The translations under genes were made by a program, and so were the position numbers. The notes below the pieces were generated by a model that saw only the letters and a program-made list of their open reading frames with translations, did no database searches and was not told the origin of the DNA. A stretch of 64,000 nucleotides of DNA from Trueperaceae bacterium (GTDB lineage: Bacteria; Deinococcota; Deinococci; Deinococcales; Trueperaceae): NCBI GenBank assembly GCA_965213925.1, contig OZ243927.1, positions 704,001 through 768,000 of the forward strand, written 5' to 3'. Below are positions 20,566 through 30,699 of this stretch, one piece after another. Every line of letters begins with the position of its first letter. Position 1 is the first letter of the stretch.

Positions 20566-21598
20566 TCAATCTACATCAAGGTTCCCTAGATCAGCCTCTA
20601 CACCTTCGAAGGAGCTGAAGGTAAAGTAGATTCTTTTACCTGTAACAGTTGGTCTGACGTACCTTGCCCAATTGATGCCGTAAAGTGTATCGATGTCTCC
20701 AACGGACGAGGTTCTTAATACAGGTGAGCCACTGTCTCCACGTTCTGTATTGGCTCGGACGCGAGTTTGGCAGAGGAGGATGACATTTGAATTATCACGC
20801 CCAAAGTTAGCACAAGAGTTGGCAACAGCACCCTCAGTGTCACCAGTCGTTTGACCTACCTCATGTAGTCTAACGCCTACCCAATTTGAGTCTGGTAAAC
20901 CGCTCTTACTGCTATCTATTTATTCGGTGCGGTATATCTCGAGCGGGTCCGAAGTCGAAATTTCTGCCTTTTGCTTTGTAATAGCGTACCTTCTCGAGTT
21001 GCTGATCGAAGGCCGATACCGCACGAAGATACTGTCACTGTAGCGGCAGCGACTACCAGAGGAACAGCTTCCGCCCGTAAAGCCACTGTAATCCCTAGCT
21101 TCATCACCTATATAGTCACCACCCTGATAGAACCGAGTATTATCGTTTGCATCAGTACTACTACAATGCGAATTCGTAACAAAGCCGCTGGCGTTTAGAC
21201 CGTAGTGATAAGCATTGAAACCTAACGTACATGACCCAACATTACTGGATATTCTTACACCGCCTACTGTCGGGCGTACTCTATCATCTAAAGTAAGAAC
21301 AGGCTCAATCTTACCTTCTTCGAAAGTTACCGCCTCGCTAGGTATGTCAAGTTGGTCAAGTTTTTTTAATTTTGACAGCTACATCTTTACTCTCTACCCC
21401 GATCAAAACTCGGTTGTTTTGCTCATCAACGTCCGTAAAAATGACACTAGGGAACGAGAAGACATAGTTGTCGGCTTTCTGCCGCCACTGCGTAAGGCTC
21501 GAGAAATCGTATTTGCCCTGAAGCACCTTAATCTCACCTTCGGGAAGTTTTGGATGATTATTAGAAAAAATTCGTGTCGTATTTGTGAGATTTTTTAC
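20566..21598 (-). pseudogene. S1 (chymotrypsin-like, alpha-lytic-type) serine protease pseudogene
   Basis: Manual translation: QGKYDF pro-region, RVRPTVGG, SCTLGF, VTNSHC (His), CRYSDS (Asp), VGQTTG, GDSGSP (Ser); frameshift in the 7-nt homopolymer at 21361-21367 and in-frame TAA at 20920-20922. Confidence 0.85.
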
Positions 21599-21734
21599 AC
21601 TTCATCTTAATTATTATTTCACATTAGGTTGCGGGTGGTTAGGTTGCGCTTTGACTGCTATTTTGCGTCAACGGTATCTGCGAACTTGGGCTATGCTTCT
21701 AAGTCTTTGTAGCACCCAAAGCAACAGCTATTAG

Positions 21735-22214
21735 TCAGAAGAACTTAGGAAAGACCGTGATGCCAATCGCGATGACGATGAAGATTTTGGCGAACACCCC
21801 ACCGAGTGTGCCGACGAACGCGCCCAAGCCTGAGCGGAGCGCCTCTTTGAAGGTCCGCTTGGTGAGGAGTTCTGCGCCCACCGCGCCAACGACCGCGCCA
21901 ATCAAAAACCCGAAGGGCGGAAGGAAAAAGATACCCACCACCGAGCCGATGATGCTGCCCCACACGCCCGCCTGACTCGCCCCGTAGCGCCGCGCCCCAA
22001 TCACGCCCGCGACGTACTCGATAATTTGCGCGAGCACGGCGAACGCAGTGACGATGACGACGGAGGAGACTGGAATCTGCTCGAACCCCGTCATCCACCC
22101 CGCCAAAAGTGCGCCGAGCGCCGCGAGGGGAATCCCCGGCACAACAGGCAGAATGATGCCGACGATACTTACCAGATAGAAGAGGATGAAGACGAGCGCT
22201 GCGAGGATATCCAT
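21735..22214 (-). CDS. DUF456 family membrane protein
   Basis: GIILPVVPG...GARRYGAS...GSIIG. Confidence 0.85.
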   Translation of the reverse strand: MDILAALVFILFYLVSIVGIILPVVPGIPLAALGALLAGWMTGFEQIPVSSVVIVTAFAVLAQIIEYVAGVIGARRYGASQAGVWGSIIGSVVGIFFLPPFGFLIGAVVGAVGAELLTKRTFKEALRSGLGAFVGTLGGVFAKIFIVIAIGITVFPKFF

Positions 22215-22274
22215 ACGCTCAGCATGGCAGATGTAGCGCTCAGGTGTCTACTAGAAAGAAGAGGTGAAGTGGAG

Positions 22275-22552
22275 TACACCGTTAAGTAAGTTTTGCAACA
22301 CTGTTGTCACCCTGTTCACGCAGTTAGACGAAGTCCGGCGGGTCCGAATGGAGTGAGAACAATAATGGCGTAAGGGTCTCGTTTAGCTACGCTAAAACTC
22401 CATAATTGGCTACTGCCAAAACCTTGTAACTCGCAATCTCGGCTGGTTGGGAATGGAAGACGAGATTCTTTCATCAGGCGAAGCCTATCCTGTAAAGGGC
22501 TCCGCTTCGCTACGTTCAGAATGACATCACTCGTTTTTTGATTAACAGTGTA
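22275..22552. mobile_element. MITE-like element copy 1 (TA-flanked, imperfect ~15-bp terminal inverted repeats)
   Basis: TACACCGTTAAGTAA...TTGATTAACAGTGTA; inner TGTCA...GAGATTCTT...CAGAATGACA; homologous to 29380-29671. Confidence 0.65.
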
Positions 22553-22595
22553 TGGGGAATCTTTTTGAAAAGTAGCGAGCGGTAATAAGAAAAGA

Positions 22596-22713
22596 AGCAA
22601 TGAGTTGAAAGCAATGAGCAATCCAGTCAAGCTGGTTACGCAGTCTCCCGAAGGGAACGAACGGTGAGTCTAAAGCCTTTCACTCATTGCTCATTGCTCG
22701 TTACTCATTGCTC
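22596..22713. repeat. AGCAATG heptamer hairpin carrying 21-nt micro-element copy B (22623-22664) with nested 21-nt insert (22636-22656)
   Basis: AGCAAT-CCAGTCAAGCTGG[TTACGCAGTCTCCCGAAGGGA]ACGAACGG-TGAG. Confidence 0.85.
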
Positions 22714-22714
22714 G

Positions 22715-23221
22715 TTAGTGCCAATCCTGCGGCGCACTCAGCTCGCCGCGCTTATTCCCTTTGATGAGGTCGACGGCGTGCGGCAAGATGTCGATAATGG
22801 CTTCCAAGGACTCCTGCGCCCCTTTGGGGCTACCTGGCAAGTTGACGATCAAGGTGCCACGTCGGACGCCCGCGACGCCGCGAGAGAGCGCCGCCTTGCG
22901 GTTTTGCTGCATTCCCGTAAGGCGCATCAGTTCGGGCAACCCTGGCACTTCGCGCTCGATGACCTCTAAGGTAGCGTCCGGCGTGCGGTCACGGAGCGCT
23001 AAGCCTGTGCCGCCTGTGGTCAACACGAGGTCGACGGCGTCCGACTCCGACCAGACGCGCAGTTTCGAGCGGATGACGGCTTGCTCGTCGGGGACGACTT
23101 GATAGTCCACTTCGGTGAAAGGTCCGGTGGCTAAAAGCTGGCGAATTTCCAAAGCGGAGGTGTCGGCGCGTTCGCCTTTTGCGCCCTTGTCGCTGGCGGT
23201 TAAAATAGCGGTTCGAATCAT
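22715..23221 (-). CDS. mog: Molybdopterin adenylyltransferase (MogA/MoaB family)
   Basis: TTGGTG, RDRTPDAT, LSRGVAG, NLPGSPKG; TATGCT 6 nt before ATG 23221. Confidence 0.92.
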   Translation of the reverse strand: MIRTAILTASDKGAKGERADTSALEIRQLLATGPFTEVDYQVVPDEQAVIRSKLRVWSESDAVDLVLTTGGTGLALRDRTPDATLEVIEREVPGLPELMRLTGMQQNRKAALSRGVAGVRRGTLIVNLPGSPKGAQESLEAIIDILPHAVDLIKGNKRGELSAPQDWH

Positions 23222-23340
23222 GGGCTTAGCATACAGGGGTCTTCGACTTTTTGTCATTGTAAAAAACCATATCGGGAAGCTCGAGTTTCACGCTGACATA
23301 GAGTGCAAGGATATATGCGCAGTACCGGGCTTTTAGTGAT

Positions 23341-23379
23341 TAGCTTTTAGGTTTTAGCTAACGGCTAAAAGCTAAGAGC
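23341..23379. repeat. GCTAA-heptamer hairpin
   Basis: TAGCTTTTAGGTTTTAGCTAACGGCTAAAAGCTAAGAGC. Confidence 0.6.
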
Positions 23380-23547
23380 CTTTGCGCTGAGGGATGCGTT
23401 CACAAAAACTCGAGTCAAGAGATGGACGTAGAATCTCCTCTTTTGTACGTCCCCGTCCGCAACGTTTTACTACACGCCCGTCAGCGCGGTAGGCTAGAGC
23501 GTTTGTTAAGGTCATCTTTACGCATCCAACGATAAGGAGAACGAACG

Positions 23548-24774
23548 TTGAACATTCACGAATATCAAGCCAAAGAGCTGATGAAGGCGCGCGGCATCGC
23601 CGTGCCTGAAGGACAGGTCGCCGCCTCCCCCAACGAAGCCGTATCAGCGGTGCGTCCCCTCATCGAAAACAGCGGCAATAAGGTTGTCGTGGTCAAGTCG
23701 CAGATTCATGCGGGCGGACGCGGCAAGGGTCGCTTCAAAGAGCACGAGGACGTGGCGGGCGTCAACGTGGTGACGGACGGGTTAGGCGGTGGCGTCAAGG
23801 CGGCCGAAGAGAAGGTGCGCGAGCTAGCCAAGAAGATGCTCGGCTCGACGCTCGTCACCGTGCAGACGGGCGAAGAGGGCAAAGAGGTCAGTAGGCTCTA
23901 TATCGAGCAGGGCATCGACATCGAGAAGGAACTCTACCTCTCTATCGTCTTGGACCGCGCTCACGCCCGCAACGTCGTGATGGTCTCGACGGAGGGCGGC
24001 ACCGAAATCGAAGAGGTCGCCGAGAAGACGCCCGAGAAGATTCAGCGCGTGGTGATTGACCCGGCGGTGGGGCTGACGGATTTTCAGGCGCGAGAGCTTG
24101 CCTTTGCCCTGGAGCTTTCCGGCGACGCCTTTAAGAACGGCGTCAAGTTCATGAAAGCGGTGACGAAGGCGGCTAGGGAATTAGACACCGACATGCTCGA
24201 GATCAACCCGCTCGTCGTCACCAAACAGGGTCAAGTGATGGCTTTAGACGGCAAGATGAGCTTCGACAGCAACGCGCTCTTCCGCCACAAGGACGTGTTG
24301 GAGATGCGCGACAAGTCCGAGGAGGACCCCGCTGAGGTCGAGGCGGACAAGTACGGCTTGTCCTTCATCAAACTAGACGGCAACATCGGCTGCTTGGTCA
24401 ACGGCGCAGGTTTAGCCATGTCCACGATGGACATCATCAAGCACGAGGGCGGCGAGCCCGCGAACTTCTTGGACGTAGGCGGCGGCGCGACCACGGAAAA
24501 CGTGACGGCGGCGTTTAAGATCATCACCCGTGACCCCAGCGTCAAAGGCATCTTCGTGAATATCTTCGGCGGCATCATGCGCTGCGACACGATTGCGAAC
24601 GGCGTCGTCGAGGCGGTTAAAGAGGTCGGTTTGGAGGTGCCTTTAGTCGTGCGTTTAGAAGGCACGAACGTCGAGCTAGGCAAAGAGATCATTCAAAACG
24701 CGGGCATCGAGGGTGTGGTCAGCGCCGACGATATGAAGGACGGCGCACGTAAGATTGTGGAGTTGGCGCAGTGA
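23548..24774 (+). CDS. sucC: Succinyl-CoA synthetase beta subunit
   Basis: [41 protein letters not shown] start after AGGAG. Confidence 0.97.
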   Translation: MNIHEYQAKELMKARGIAVPEGQVAASPNEAVSAVRPLIENSGNKVVVVKSQIHAGGRGKGRFKEHEDVAGVNVVTDGLGGGVKAAEEKVRELAKKMLGSTLVTVQTGEEGKEVSRLYIEQGIDIEKELYLSIVLDRAHARNVVMVSTEGGTEIEEVAEKTPEKIQRVVIDPAVGLTDFQARELAFALELSGDAFKNGVKFMKAVTKAARELDTDMLEINPLVVTKQGQVMALDGKMSFDSNALFRHKDVLEMRDKSEEDPAEVEADKYGLSFIKLDGNIGCLVNGAGLAMSTMDIIKHEGGEPANFLDVGGGATTENVTAAFKIITRDPSVKGIFVNIFGGIMRCDTIANGVVEAVKEVGLEVPLVVRLEGTNVELGKEIIQNAGIEGVVSADDMKDGARKIVELAQ

Positions 24775-25712
24775 GCATTTTAGTTGATAAAAATACGAAG
24801 GTCATTATTCAAGGTTTAGGCAACACGGGTAAATTTCATACGGACAAAGCAATCGCCTACGGTACGAACATGGTCGGCGCGGTTCACCCCGGTCGCGGTG
24901 GTGAAACGGAACGTTTCGAGGGCGAGACGGACCATAGCGGTGTAACCGGACGAGATGACACCTACAGCGTGGATGTGCCAATTTTCAATACCGTGAAGGA
25001 GGCGGTTGAGGAGACAGGCGCGAACGCTTCAGTCATCTACGTCCCCCCGCCCTTCGCCGCTGACGCTATCATGGAAGCCGCGAGCGCCGACATCCCACTT
25101 ATCATCACCATCACCGAGGGTATCCCCATCGAGGATATGGTTAAAGCGCGGCGCTACATGGAGGGCAGACCCTCGCGTCTGGTCGGTCCGAATTGCCCCG
25201 GCGTCATCACGCCGCATGAATGCAAAATTGGCATTATGCCTGGCTACATCCACAAGGGCGGCAAGATCGGCGTCGTGAGCCGCTCCGGGACGCTCACCTA
25301 TGAGGCGGTGCATCAGCTTACGAATAACGGTTTAGGACAGACGACGGCGGTGGGCATCGGCGGCGACCCTGTACACGGCACGAATTTCTTGGACGTGTTG
25401 AAGCTCTTCAACGACGACCCCGAGACCGAAGGCGTCATTATGATTGGCGAAATCGGCGGCACGGCGGAAGAGGAGGCGGCGGCGTGGGTCAAGGACAACA
25501 TGACCAAGCCCGTCGCGGGCTTTATCGCTGGGACGACCGCGCCGCCAGGCAAGCGCATGGGGCACGCGGGGGCGATTATCTCCGGGGGTAAGGGGACAGC
25601 AGAGGATAAGATCGCCGCTTTGGAAGACGCGGGTGTGGTGGTCGCGCCGACGCCTACGGACATGGGCTCGGCGATGATGGAGGCGATGGAGAAGGCGGGG
25701 GTAGAGGCTTAG
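24771..25712 (+). CDS. sucD: Succinyl-CoA synthetase alpha subunit
   Basis: [28 protein letters not shown]. Confidence 0.97.
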   Translation: MSILVDKNTKVIIQGLGNTGKFHTDKAIAYGTNMVGAVHPGRGGETERFEGETDHSGVTGRDDTYSVDVPIFNTVKEAVEETGANASVIYVPPPFAADAIMEAASADIPLIITITEGIPIEDMVKARRYMEGRPSRLVGPNCPGVITPHECKIGIMPGYIHKGGKIGVVSRSGTLTYEAVHQLTNNGLGQTTAVGIGGDPVHGTNFLDVLKLFNDDPETEGVIMIGEIGGTAEEEAAAWVKDNMTKPVAGFIAGTTAPPGKRMGHAGAIISGGKGTAEDKIAALEDAGVVVAPTPTDMGSAMMEAMEKAGVEA

Positions 25713-25806
25713 GGCTTTGGCTCGAGCCTCCAACTATCCCGAACATCAAGAGGTCAATGACGGTTTTTCAACGCGCCACCCAATTTTTCTCAAGTACATT
25801 AGATAA

Positions 25807-26854
25807 ATGAGCGACCTGCATATCTACGGGCTACTGCGTGACTGACATGCTAATAAGTAGCAATACTTGCTTAACGGTGCACTTAGTTTTATACGTTAAG
25901 AGGTGAATATGCCTATTAAGGAATATTTCTATATTTTTCTTAGCGGTATTTACGAGCAAGCCGCGCCGCGCCAAGCCGATCACGTGTGTTCACGCGCGGC
26001 TTGGCGGTGACGTGCTAGATGTGCAGCAGCTCGAGCCGCTTCTTAACTTCCAGGCGTTCGAGTCTCTTTTAGCGCGTCCTGGTCCCTGGACGATGGGCAT
26101 CGACGCGCCTTTCGCGCAGCCGCGGCGCTTGGTCGAAGTGCTGGGTTGGTCTCCTAGCTGGGACGACTATGTCGAAGAGGTCGCGGTGCTCGGCAAGGGA
26201 GGGTTTGAGCGGACCTTAAAGGACTATATCGCCGCCCAGCCTGGAGGCGACAAGCTCCACCGCCGCCGGGTGGACGAACGCGCGAAAGCCGTAAGCCCGA
26301 TGTCGCTCGCTTACGTTCCTGTAGGCAAGATGTTTTATGAGCTTGCGCCGCGGCTGCTGCGCACGAACCTCAACCTCCCGCTGCTCCGCGAAACGGCGGA
26401 GGATAGAACCGCTTTAGAGGTTTATCCCGCGCTCATCGTCAGGCAGCTTATCGGCAAGCGGAAGTATAAGAGCGACACCAAGCAGCAGCAGACCGAGGGG
26501 ATGAGGGAGGTGCGGCGCGAGGTGATCGAAACGCTGCGCTCGGGGGTGTACGGAATGAGGCTCGAGCTTGGCGGCGTGCTGAGCGCGTACCTCTTGGACG
26601 ACGCGACGGGGGACGCGCTCGACGCGACCCTCTGCGCGGTGCAAGCGGCGTGGGCAGCGAGGCAAGAGAATTACGGAATACCGGACGGAGTGGACAGGCT
26701 CGAGGGGTGGATTGTCGATCCGACACTTAAAAGCCCTTTACGTTTGGATCAGTTCAACGCAAGACTATCAGGAAAAAAGCGGCGTGAGCACCTAGAGGGC
26801 ACCTTTCTATTTGCTGAGTACGCTTTGCCTGACGCAACTCGCCATGTTTGTTGA
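25807..26854 (+). pseudogene. DUF429-like (predicted RNase H-fold nuclease) gene interrupted by an insertion
   Basis: MSDLHIYGL from ATG 25807 joins in frame to FTSKPRRAKPIT at 25949; downstream GIDAPF, LEVYPAL, DALDATLCA, EGWI. Confidence 0.75.
25834..25948. mobile_element. ~115-bp AT-rich TA-flanked insertion
   Basis: TA|CTGCGTGA...TTAGCGG|TA; removal restores the DUF429 frame; contains CTTGCTTAACGGTG, the reverse complement of the MITE left end. Confidence 0.6.
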
Positions 26855-26909
26855 CTGGGCTCGAGCTATACCCTACCGAACTACTCAAGATTTCTGTTAT
26901 AGTAAAACC

Positions 26910-28037
26910 GTGAAAGACGTCGTGCCCGCCGCTTCTCTTAGGTCCAGCACCGAACCTCTTGCAAGCTACCCTGCGGAACCTGCGGCGCTGACGCTTCACG
27001 CCCTCACCAAAAGCTATCAAGACCCCAAGCATCCGGCGGTCGCCGACTTCAACTTAGAGGTCAAGAAGGGCGAGATTTTGGCGCTCTTGGGGCCGTCAGG
27101 CTGCGGCAAAACGACGCTCTTGCGCCTTATCGCGGGCTTCGAAGTTCCGGACAAAGGTCACATCGAGGTCGCGGGCACCCAGGTCGCAGGACCGGACACG
27201 TGGCTCCAACCCGAGCGGCGCAACATCGGCTTCGTCTTTCAGGATTACGCGCTCTTTCCGCACCTAGACGTGCTGCAAAACGTCGCGTTCGGACTGGCGG
27301 GGCTACCCCGAAAGAAACGTATCGAGCGGGCGAAGGCGGTCTTGGACTTAGTCGGCCTCACCATCTTTAGCCGCCGCTATCCGCACCAGCTTTCGGGCGG
27401 TCAGCAGCAGCGTGTGGCGTTGGCGCGGGCGTTAGCGCCTGAGCCCGAGGTCATCCTTTTAGACGAGCCCTTTAGCAACCTAGACGCCGCCCTGCGCGGC
27501 TCGACGCGGCGCGAGGTGCGGCGCATCTTAGAAGCGTCCGGGGCGACGACGATCCTAGTCACCCACGATCAAGAGGAAGCGATGACCTTTGCCGACAGGC
27601 TCGCCGTGATGCGCGCGGGGCACCTTGAACAGGTGGGCGTGCCGGAGCGTGTCTACTTGCGCCCGCGCACGGCGTTCGTCGCCAACTTCTTAGGGACGAC
27701 CAACCTCATTCGCGGGACGGGTCGCGAACACGTCGCCGATACGCTTTTGGGCACGCTTCAAGTCGCGCAGCCCGTGATGGGGTCGGCGCTGCTCTCGTTG
27801 CGCCCCGAAGACCTGACCTTCGGCGAGAGGGGTGTGAGCGTGAGCGTCTTGAACCGCGACTTTAAGGGACACGACCTGACCTACACCTGCCGCGTGATCG
27901 CCGAGCCCGACCAGGTAGGGCAGACCTTTGTGGTGCAGACTGGACCGGAATGCACGGTGCAAGTTGGCGACGTCACGCGCCTCTCGAGCCGGGGCGTCGC
28001 GGTGCCCCTTGAAGGCAGCACGAGCAAGCCTCTCTGA
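26910..28037 (+). CDS. ABC transporter ATP-binding protein (Fe3+/FbpC-like)
   Basis: GPSGCGKT, PERRNIGFVFQDYALFPHL, LLDEPFSNLDA; TATAGT 6 nt before GTG 26910. Confidence 0.88.
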   Translation: MKDVVPAASLRSSTEPLASYPAEPAALTLHALTKSYQDPKHPAVADFNLEVKKGEILALLGPSGCGKTTLLRLIAGFEVPDKGHIEVAGTQVAGPDTWLQPERRNIGFVFQDYALFPHLDVLQNVAFGLAGLPRKKRIERAKAVLDLVGLTIFSRRYPHQLSGGQQQRVALARALAPEPEVILLDEPFSNLDAALRGSTRREVRRILEASGATTILVTHDQEEAMTFADRLAVMRAGHLEQVGVPERVYLRPRTAFVANFLGTTNLIRGTGREHVADTLLGTLQVAQPVMGSALLSLRPEDLTFGERGVSVSVLNRDFKGHDLTYTCRVIAEPDQVGQTFVVQTGPECTVQVGDVTRLSSRGVAVPLEGSTSKPL

Positions 28038-28298
28038 AAAATTAGTGAACGACGAGGAGAACCTCGGCTCGAGATTAAAACTATCTAAACGAATCGGGCG
28101 CGCGAAGTGCTTTGCTCGTAAGCAAGCCGCCACCACAAGGAGAAACCGATTCACTCTTTTGGTCACTGCGTGAAGGCACTGTCATCTTTTTATCAGATAG
28201 AAGAGGTTGTGCAGGCATAAGATATAGATAGTGAATTACGAATGTACATCCAGCACACTCCAAACACAACGCAACGCAACCTCAACAGGAGAATTGCT

Positions 28299-29063
28299 AT
28301 GTCACCATTAAGGTATTCCCTCAGCATGTTGTTAGGACTTTTGCTCGTGACCTTCAGCCTCGCCGCAAGTCAAAACGACCGAGATGGGGAAAATTTCTAC
28401 GACTCGGGCTCGGCCCAAGGTTGGACGCGCGAGTTCTCCGCAGGGCGCTCCTACAGCGTCAAAAGCGTGAGCGCACCGACGCGGCGTGGCGGCAGGGCGC
28501 TGCGCATGGAAACGCGCTACGGCGACCGAGAAAACAGCTACCATTCGGAGTTGGAGATGCACGGCGCGGGCGAGCCCGGCGAGCGCGCGTGGTACGGCTT
28601 TAGCACGTACGTCCCGACCTCTTGGGTTGATAGCGAGCAAACTGTGATCACCGCACAGTGGTGGAGCCATAGCCGCGCGAGCCCCCCGCTCGGCATCGAA
28701 ATCGAGGGCGACGAGTGGGTCGTCTTTCAGCGCTGGGACGAGGGGGACGAGGGTCTCTCTAAGCGCGCCGTAGGCACCGTGCGCAAAGGGGAATGGACCG
28801 ACTGGGTCGTCGAAGCGTATTGGTCGGACCGAAGGAACGGTTACGTAAAAGTCTGGCGTAACGGCGAGGTCGTTTACGAGCGCGAGGGGCCGAGCGTCTA
28901 TAGAAAAACGGAGCGTCTGCGCTTCAAGTTAGGGGTCTACGCCTGGCCCTGGAAGTACGACCGCCCCTCGCCCAGGAGGAGCAGCCCGCGCGTCATCTAT
29001 CACGACGAAATTCGCATCGGCGGCGAGAACTCGAGCTACAACGCCGTGAGCCCGAGAGACTAG
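28299..29063 (+). CDS. Secreted polysaccharide lyase-like protein
   Basis: Signal peptide; WYGFSTYVP, ITAQW, GEWTDW, GYVKVWRNG, FKLGVY, IYHDEIRIG. Confidence 0.72.
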   Translation: MSPLRYSLSMLLGLLLVTFSLAASQNDRDGENFYDSGSAQGWTREFSAGRSYSVKSVSAPTRRGGRALRMETRYGDRENSYHSELEMHGAGEPGERAWYGFSTYVPTSWVDSEQTVITAQWWSHSRASPPLGIEIEGDEWVVFQRWDEGDEGLSKRAVGTVRKGEWTDWVVEAYWSDRRNGYVKVWRNGEVVYEREGPSVYRKTERLRFKLGVYAWPWKYDRPSPRRSSPRVIYHDEIRIGGENSSYNAVSPRD

Positions 29064-29287
29064 CGCAAAACGAGCGGCAACCGCACTTCGCGTAAGGTGC
29101 CGGCCTCGTCAACGCAGAGTTCCCACACCGCAAGCTCGGGGCGCAATTCGTAGGCTCGCAGCTCGAGCTGCCGCCAAAACTCCGCGTCCCACAGGTGCCG
29201 ATGTTCGATGAGGTGCTCTAAAAAGCGCGGCGGCGAGGAGCCCCCGAGTGTGAAGTCGAGCACCTCGAGTAGATCACGTTTATTCAT
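29060..29287 (-). CDS. Small hypothetical protein
   Basis: 75-aa ORF with TATGAT box upstream. Confidence 0.55.
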   Translation of the reverse strand: MNKRDLLEVLDFTLGGSSPPRFLEHLIEHRHLWDAEFWRQLELRAYELRPELAVWELCVDEAGTLREVRLPLVLR

Positions 29288-29379
29288 CTTGCTGCATCAT
29301 ACCGCGCCGCCATCTCCAACGTTGTTTCGGAAGGCGCGGTAGGCAGAGTTCACCTGTTGAGTAGGAAACCGAAATTAAG

Positions 29380-29671
29380 TACATCGTTAAGCAAGGAATG
29401 CGGCACGGTTGTCACCCCGTTCACGAAGTACGGCGAAGCACGGTTGTCGAAGGGTCCCGTTTGGCTATGCCAAAACTCCGTAATTAGCTGTGCTAAAACT
29501 TCATAACTTGCAATCTCAGCTAGAGGAGAAGGCGAATGCAGAGATTCTTTCACGGAATCCTACGTTCATCGTAGGGCGGAGTCTATCCTACACTCGCCAT
29601 AGGGTGGAGTCTATCCTATAGCTCGCTGTAGGGTTCAGAATGACATACTTCATTTTTTAGCTGACAGTGTG
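29380..29671. mobile_element. MITE-like element copy 2
   Basis: TACATCGTTAAGCAA...TTAGCTGACAGTGTG; shares internal sequence with 22275-22552; three tandem hairpin units at 29553-29633. Confidence 0.65.
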
Positions 29672-29672
29672 C

Positions 29673-30476
29673 TCACTCCGCTTCCAACGACAACTCATAC
29701 GCCAAATTGCGAGGCGCACCAAAGGTCATCAAGGCTTTTCTGAGGTCGCGCCCGCTGAGCCCTTCGGCGGCGAGTTCCTTGGCTTTCGCTGCGAAGTCGG
29801 TTTCTTCGGGCTGAGGATTTGGCGACACGACCACGACGACTTCACCGCGCACCTCACCCTGGGAAAGCTGCGCCTGAACCTTTTGCAGGGTTCCCCGGTA
29901 GGTCGTCTCAAAGCGTTTGGAAAGCTCGCGGCTGACGCTGACTCGTCTCGTCTCACCACAGACCTCTCCTAAATCTCTAAGCGTGGCGAGCAACCTTTTG
30001 GGCGACTCGTAAAAAGCGAGCGTCACCTCGCTCTTGGCAATCTGAGAGAGAACCTCGCGCCGCGCCGAACCTTTGCGCGGCAGAAAGCCTAAAAAGGTGA
30101 AGCTTCCGAGCGGCAAGCCGGAAAGGACGAGCGCGGGAATTAGGGCGGTAGGACCGGGCAGAACCTCTACCGTATCGCCGCGCTTGAGTGCGATTTGCAA
30201 GAGGTCCGCGCCGGGGTCAGACAGTCCAGGTGTACCCGCGTCGGTGACAAAAGCGACACGCCCATGCTCGCTCAAGACGCCTTCGCCCCTTGTTGGAATC
30301 GTGTGCGCGTCTAGGCGCACGAGCGGCTTGTCTATCTCGAAGTGGTTGAGCAGCGTGCGGCTGTGGCGGGTGTCCTCGGCGGCGATGAGGTCAGCCTCGC
30401 GGAGCGCCCGGAGCGCCCGCAGCGTGATGTCCTCTAAGTTGCCAATGGGCGTAGGGACGAGGACGAGGTGGGCCAT
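29673..30476 (-). CDS. rsmI: 16S rRNA (cytidine1402-2'-O)-methyltransferase
   Basis: PTPIGNLEDITLRA, AAEDTR, DAGTPGLSDPG, YESPKR, RELSKRFE. Confidence 0.95.
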   Translation of the reverse strand: MAHLVLVPTPIGNLEDITLRALRALREADLIAAEDTRHSRTLLNHFEIDKPLVRLDAHTIPTRGEGVLSEHGRVAFVTDAGTPGLSDPGADLLQIALKRGDTVEVLPGPTALIPALVLSGLPLGSFTFLGFLPRKGSARREVLSQIAKSEVTLAFYESPKRLLATLRDLGEVCGETRRVSVSRELSKRFETTYRGTLQKVQAQLSQGEVRGEVVVVVSPNPQPEETDFAAKAKELAAEGLSGRDLRKALMTFGAPRNLAYELSLEAE

Positions 30477-30504
30477 AGCGGAGGGTGAGAAAATTCTGAA
30501 GAAG

Positions 30505-30699
30505 TTAGACGCCGACCATGTCGGGCGCGGTTCGTCCTCGGCTGCGGCGGCGGGCGTTGCGCTTTAGAGCAGCGCGCATCTTTGCCCGCAGCATCTCCAC
30601 CTCGCCTACAGTGACGGTAACTTCCGCGCCTTCGGGCAGCGTCACGCCCTCGGGTAAGATAATCACGCCTCTTTCTACCAGTCCTTTATAAGCTCGCAT
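30505..30699 (-). CDS. Small hypothetical protein (beta-rich N-terminus, basic tail)
   Basis: YKGLVERGVIILPEGVTLPEGAEVTVTV; GGAGG upstream; overlaps the upstream gene. Confidence 0.7.
   Translation of the reverse strand: MRAYKGLVERGVIILPEGVTLPEGAEVTVTVGEVEMLRAKMRAALKRNARRRSRGRTAPDMVGV

Noticed and set aside
20920..20922. Stop-codon recoding in the protease gene
   Set aside because: The stop is TAA, and the gene also has a frameshift and no intact 5' end, so decay is the simpler explanation.
21625..21678. Transposon end at the edge of the low-GC island
   Set aside because: There is a TAGGTTGCG direct repeat and a TACCGTTGA-like end, but no matching partner end was found.
22316..22630. ORFs 22316-22630 and 29350-29553
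   Set aside because: They lie across MITE or repeat DNA and have no protein-like features.
29553..29633. CRISPR array
   Set aside because: Only three 24-29-nt units with variable parts of about 10 nt, and no cas genes in the window.
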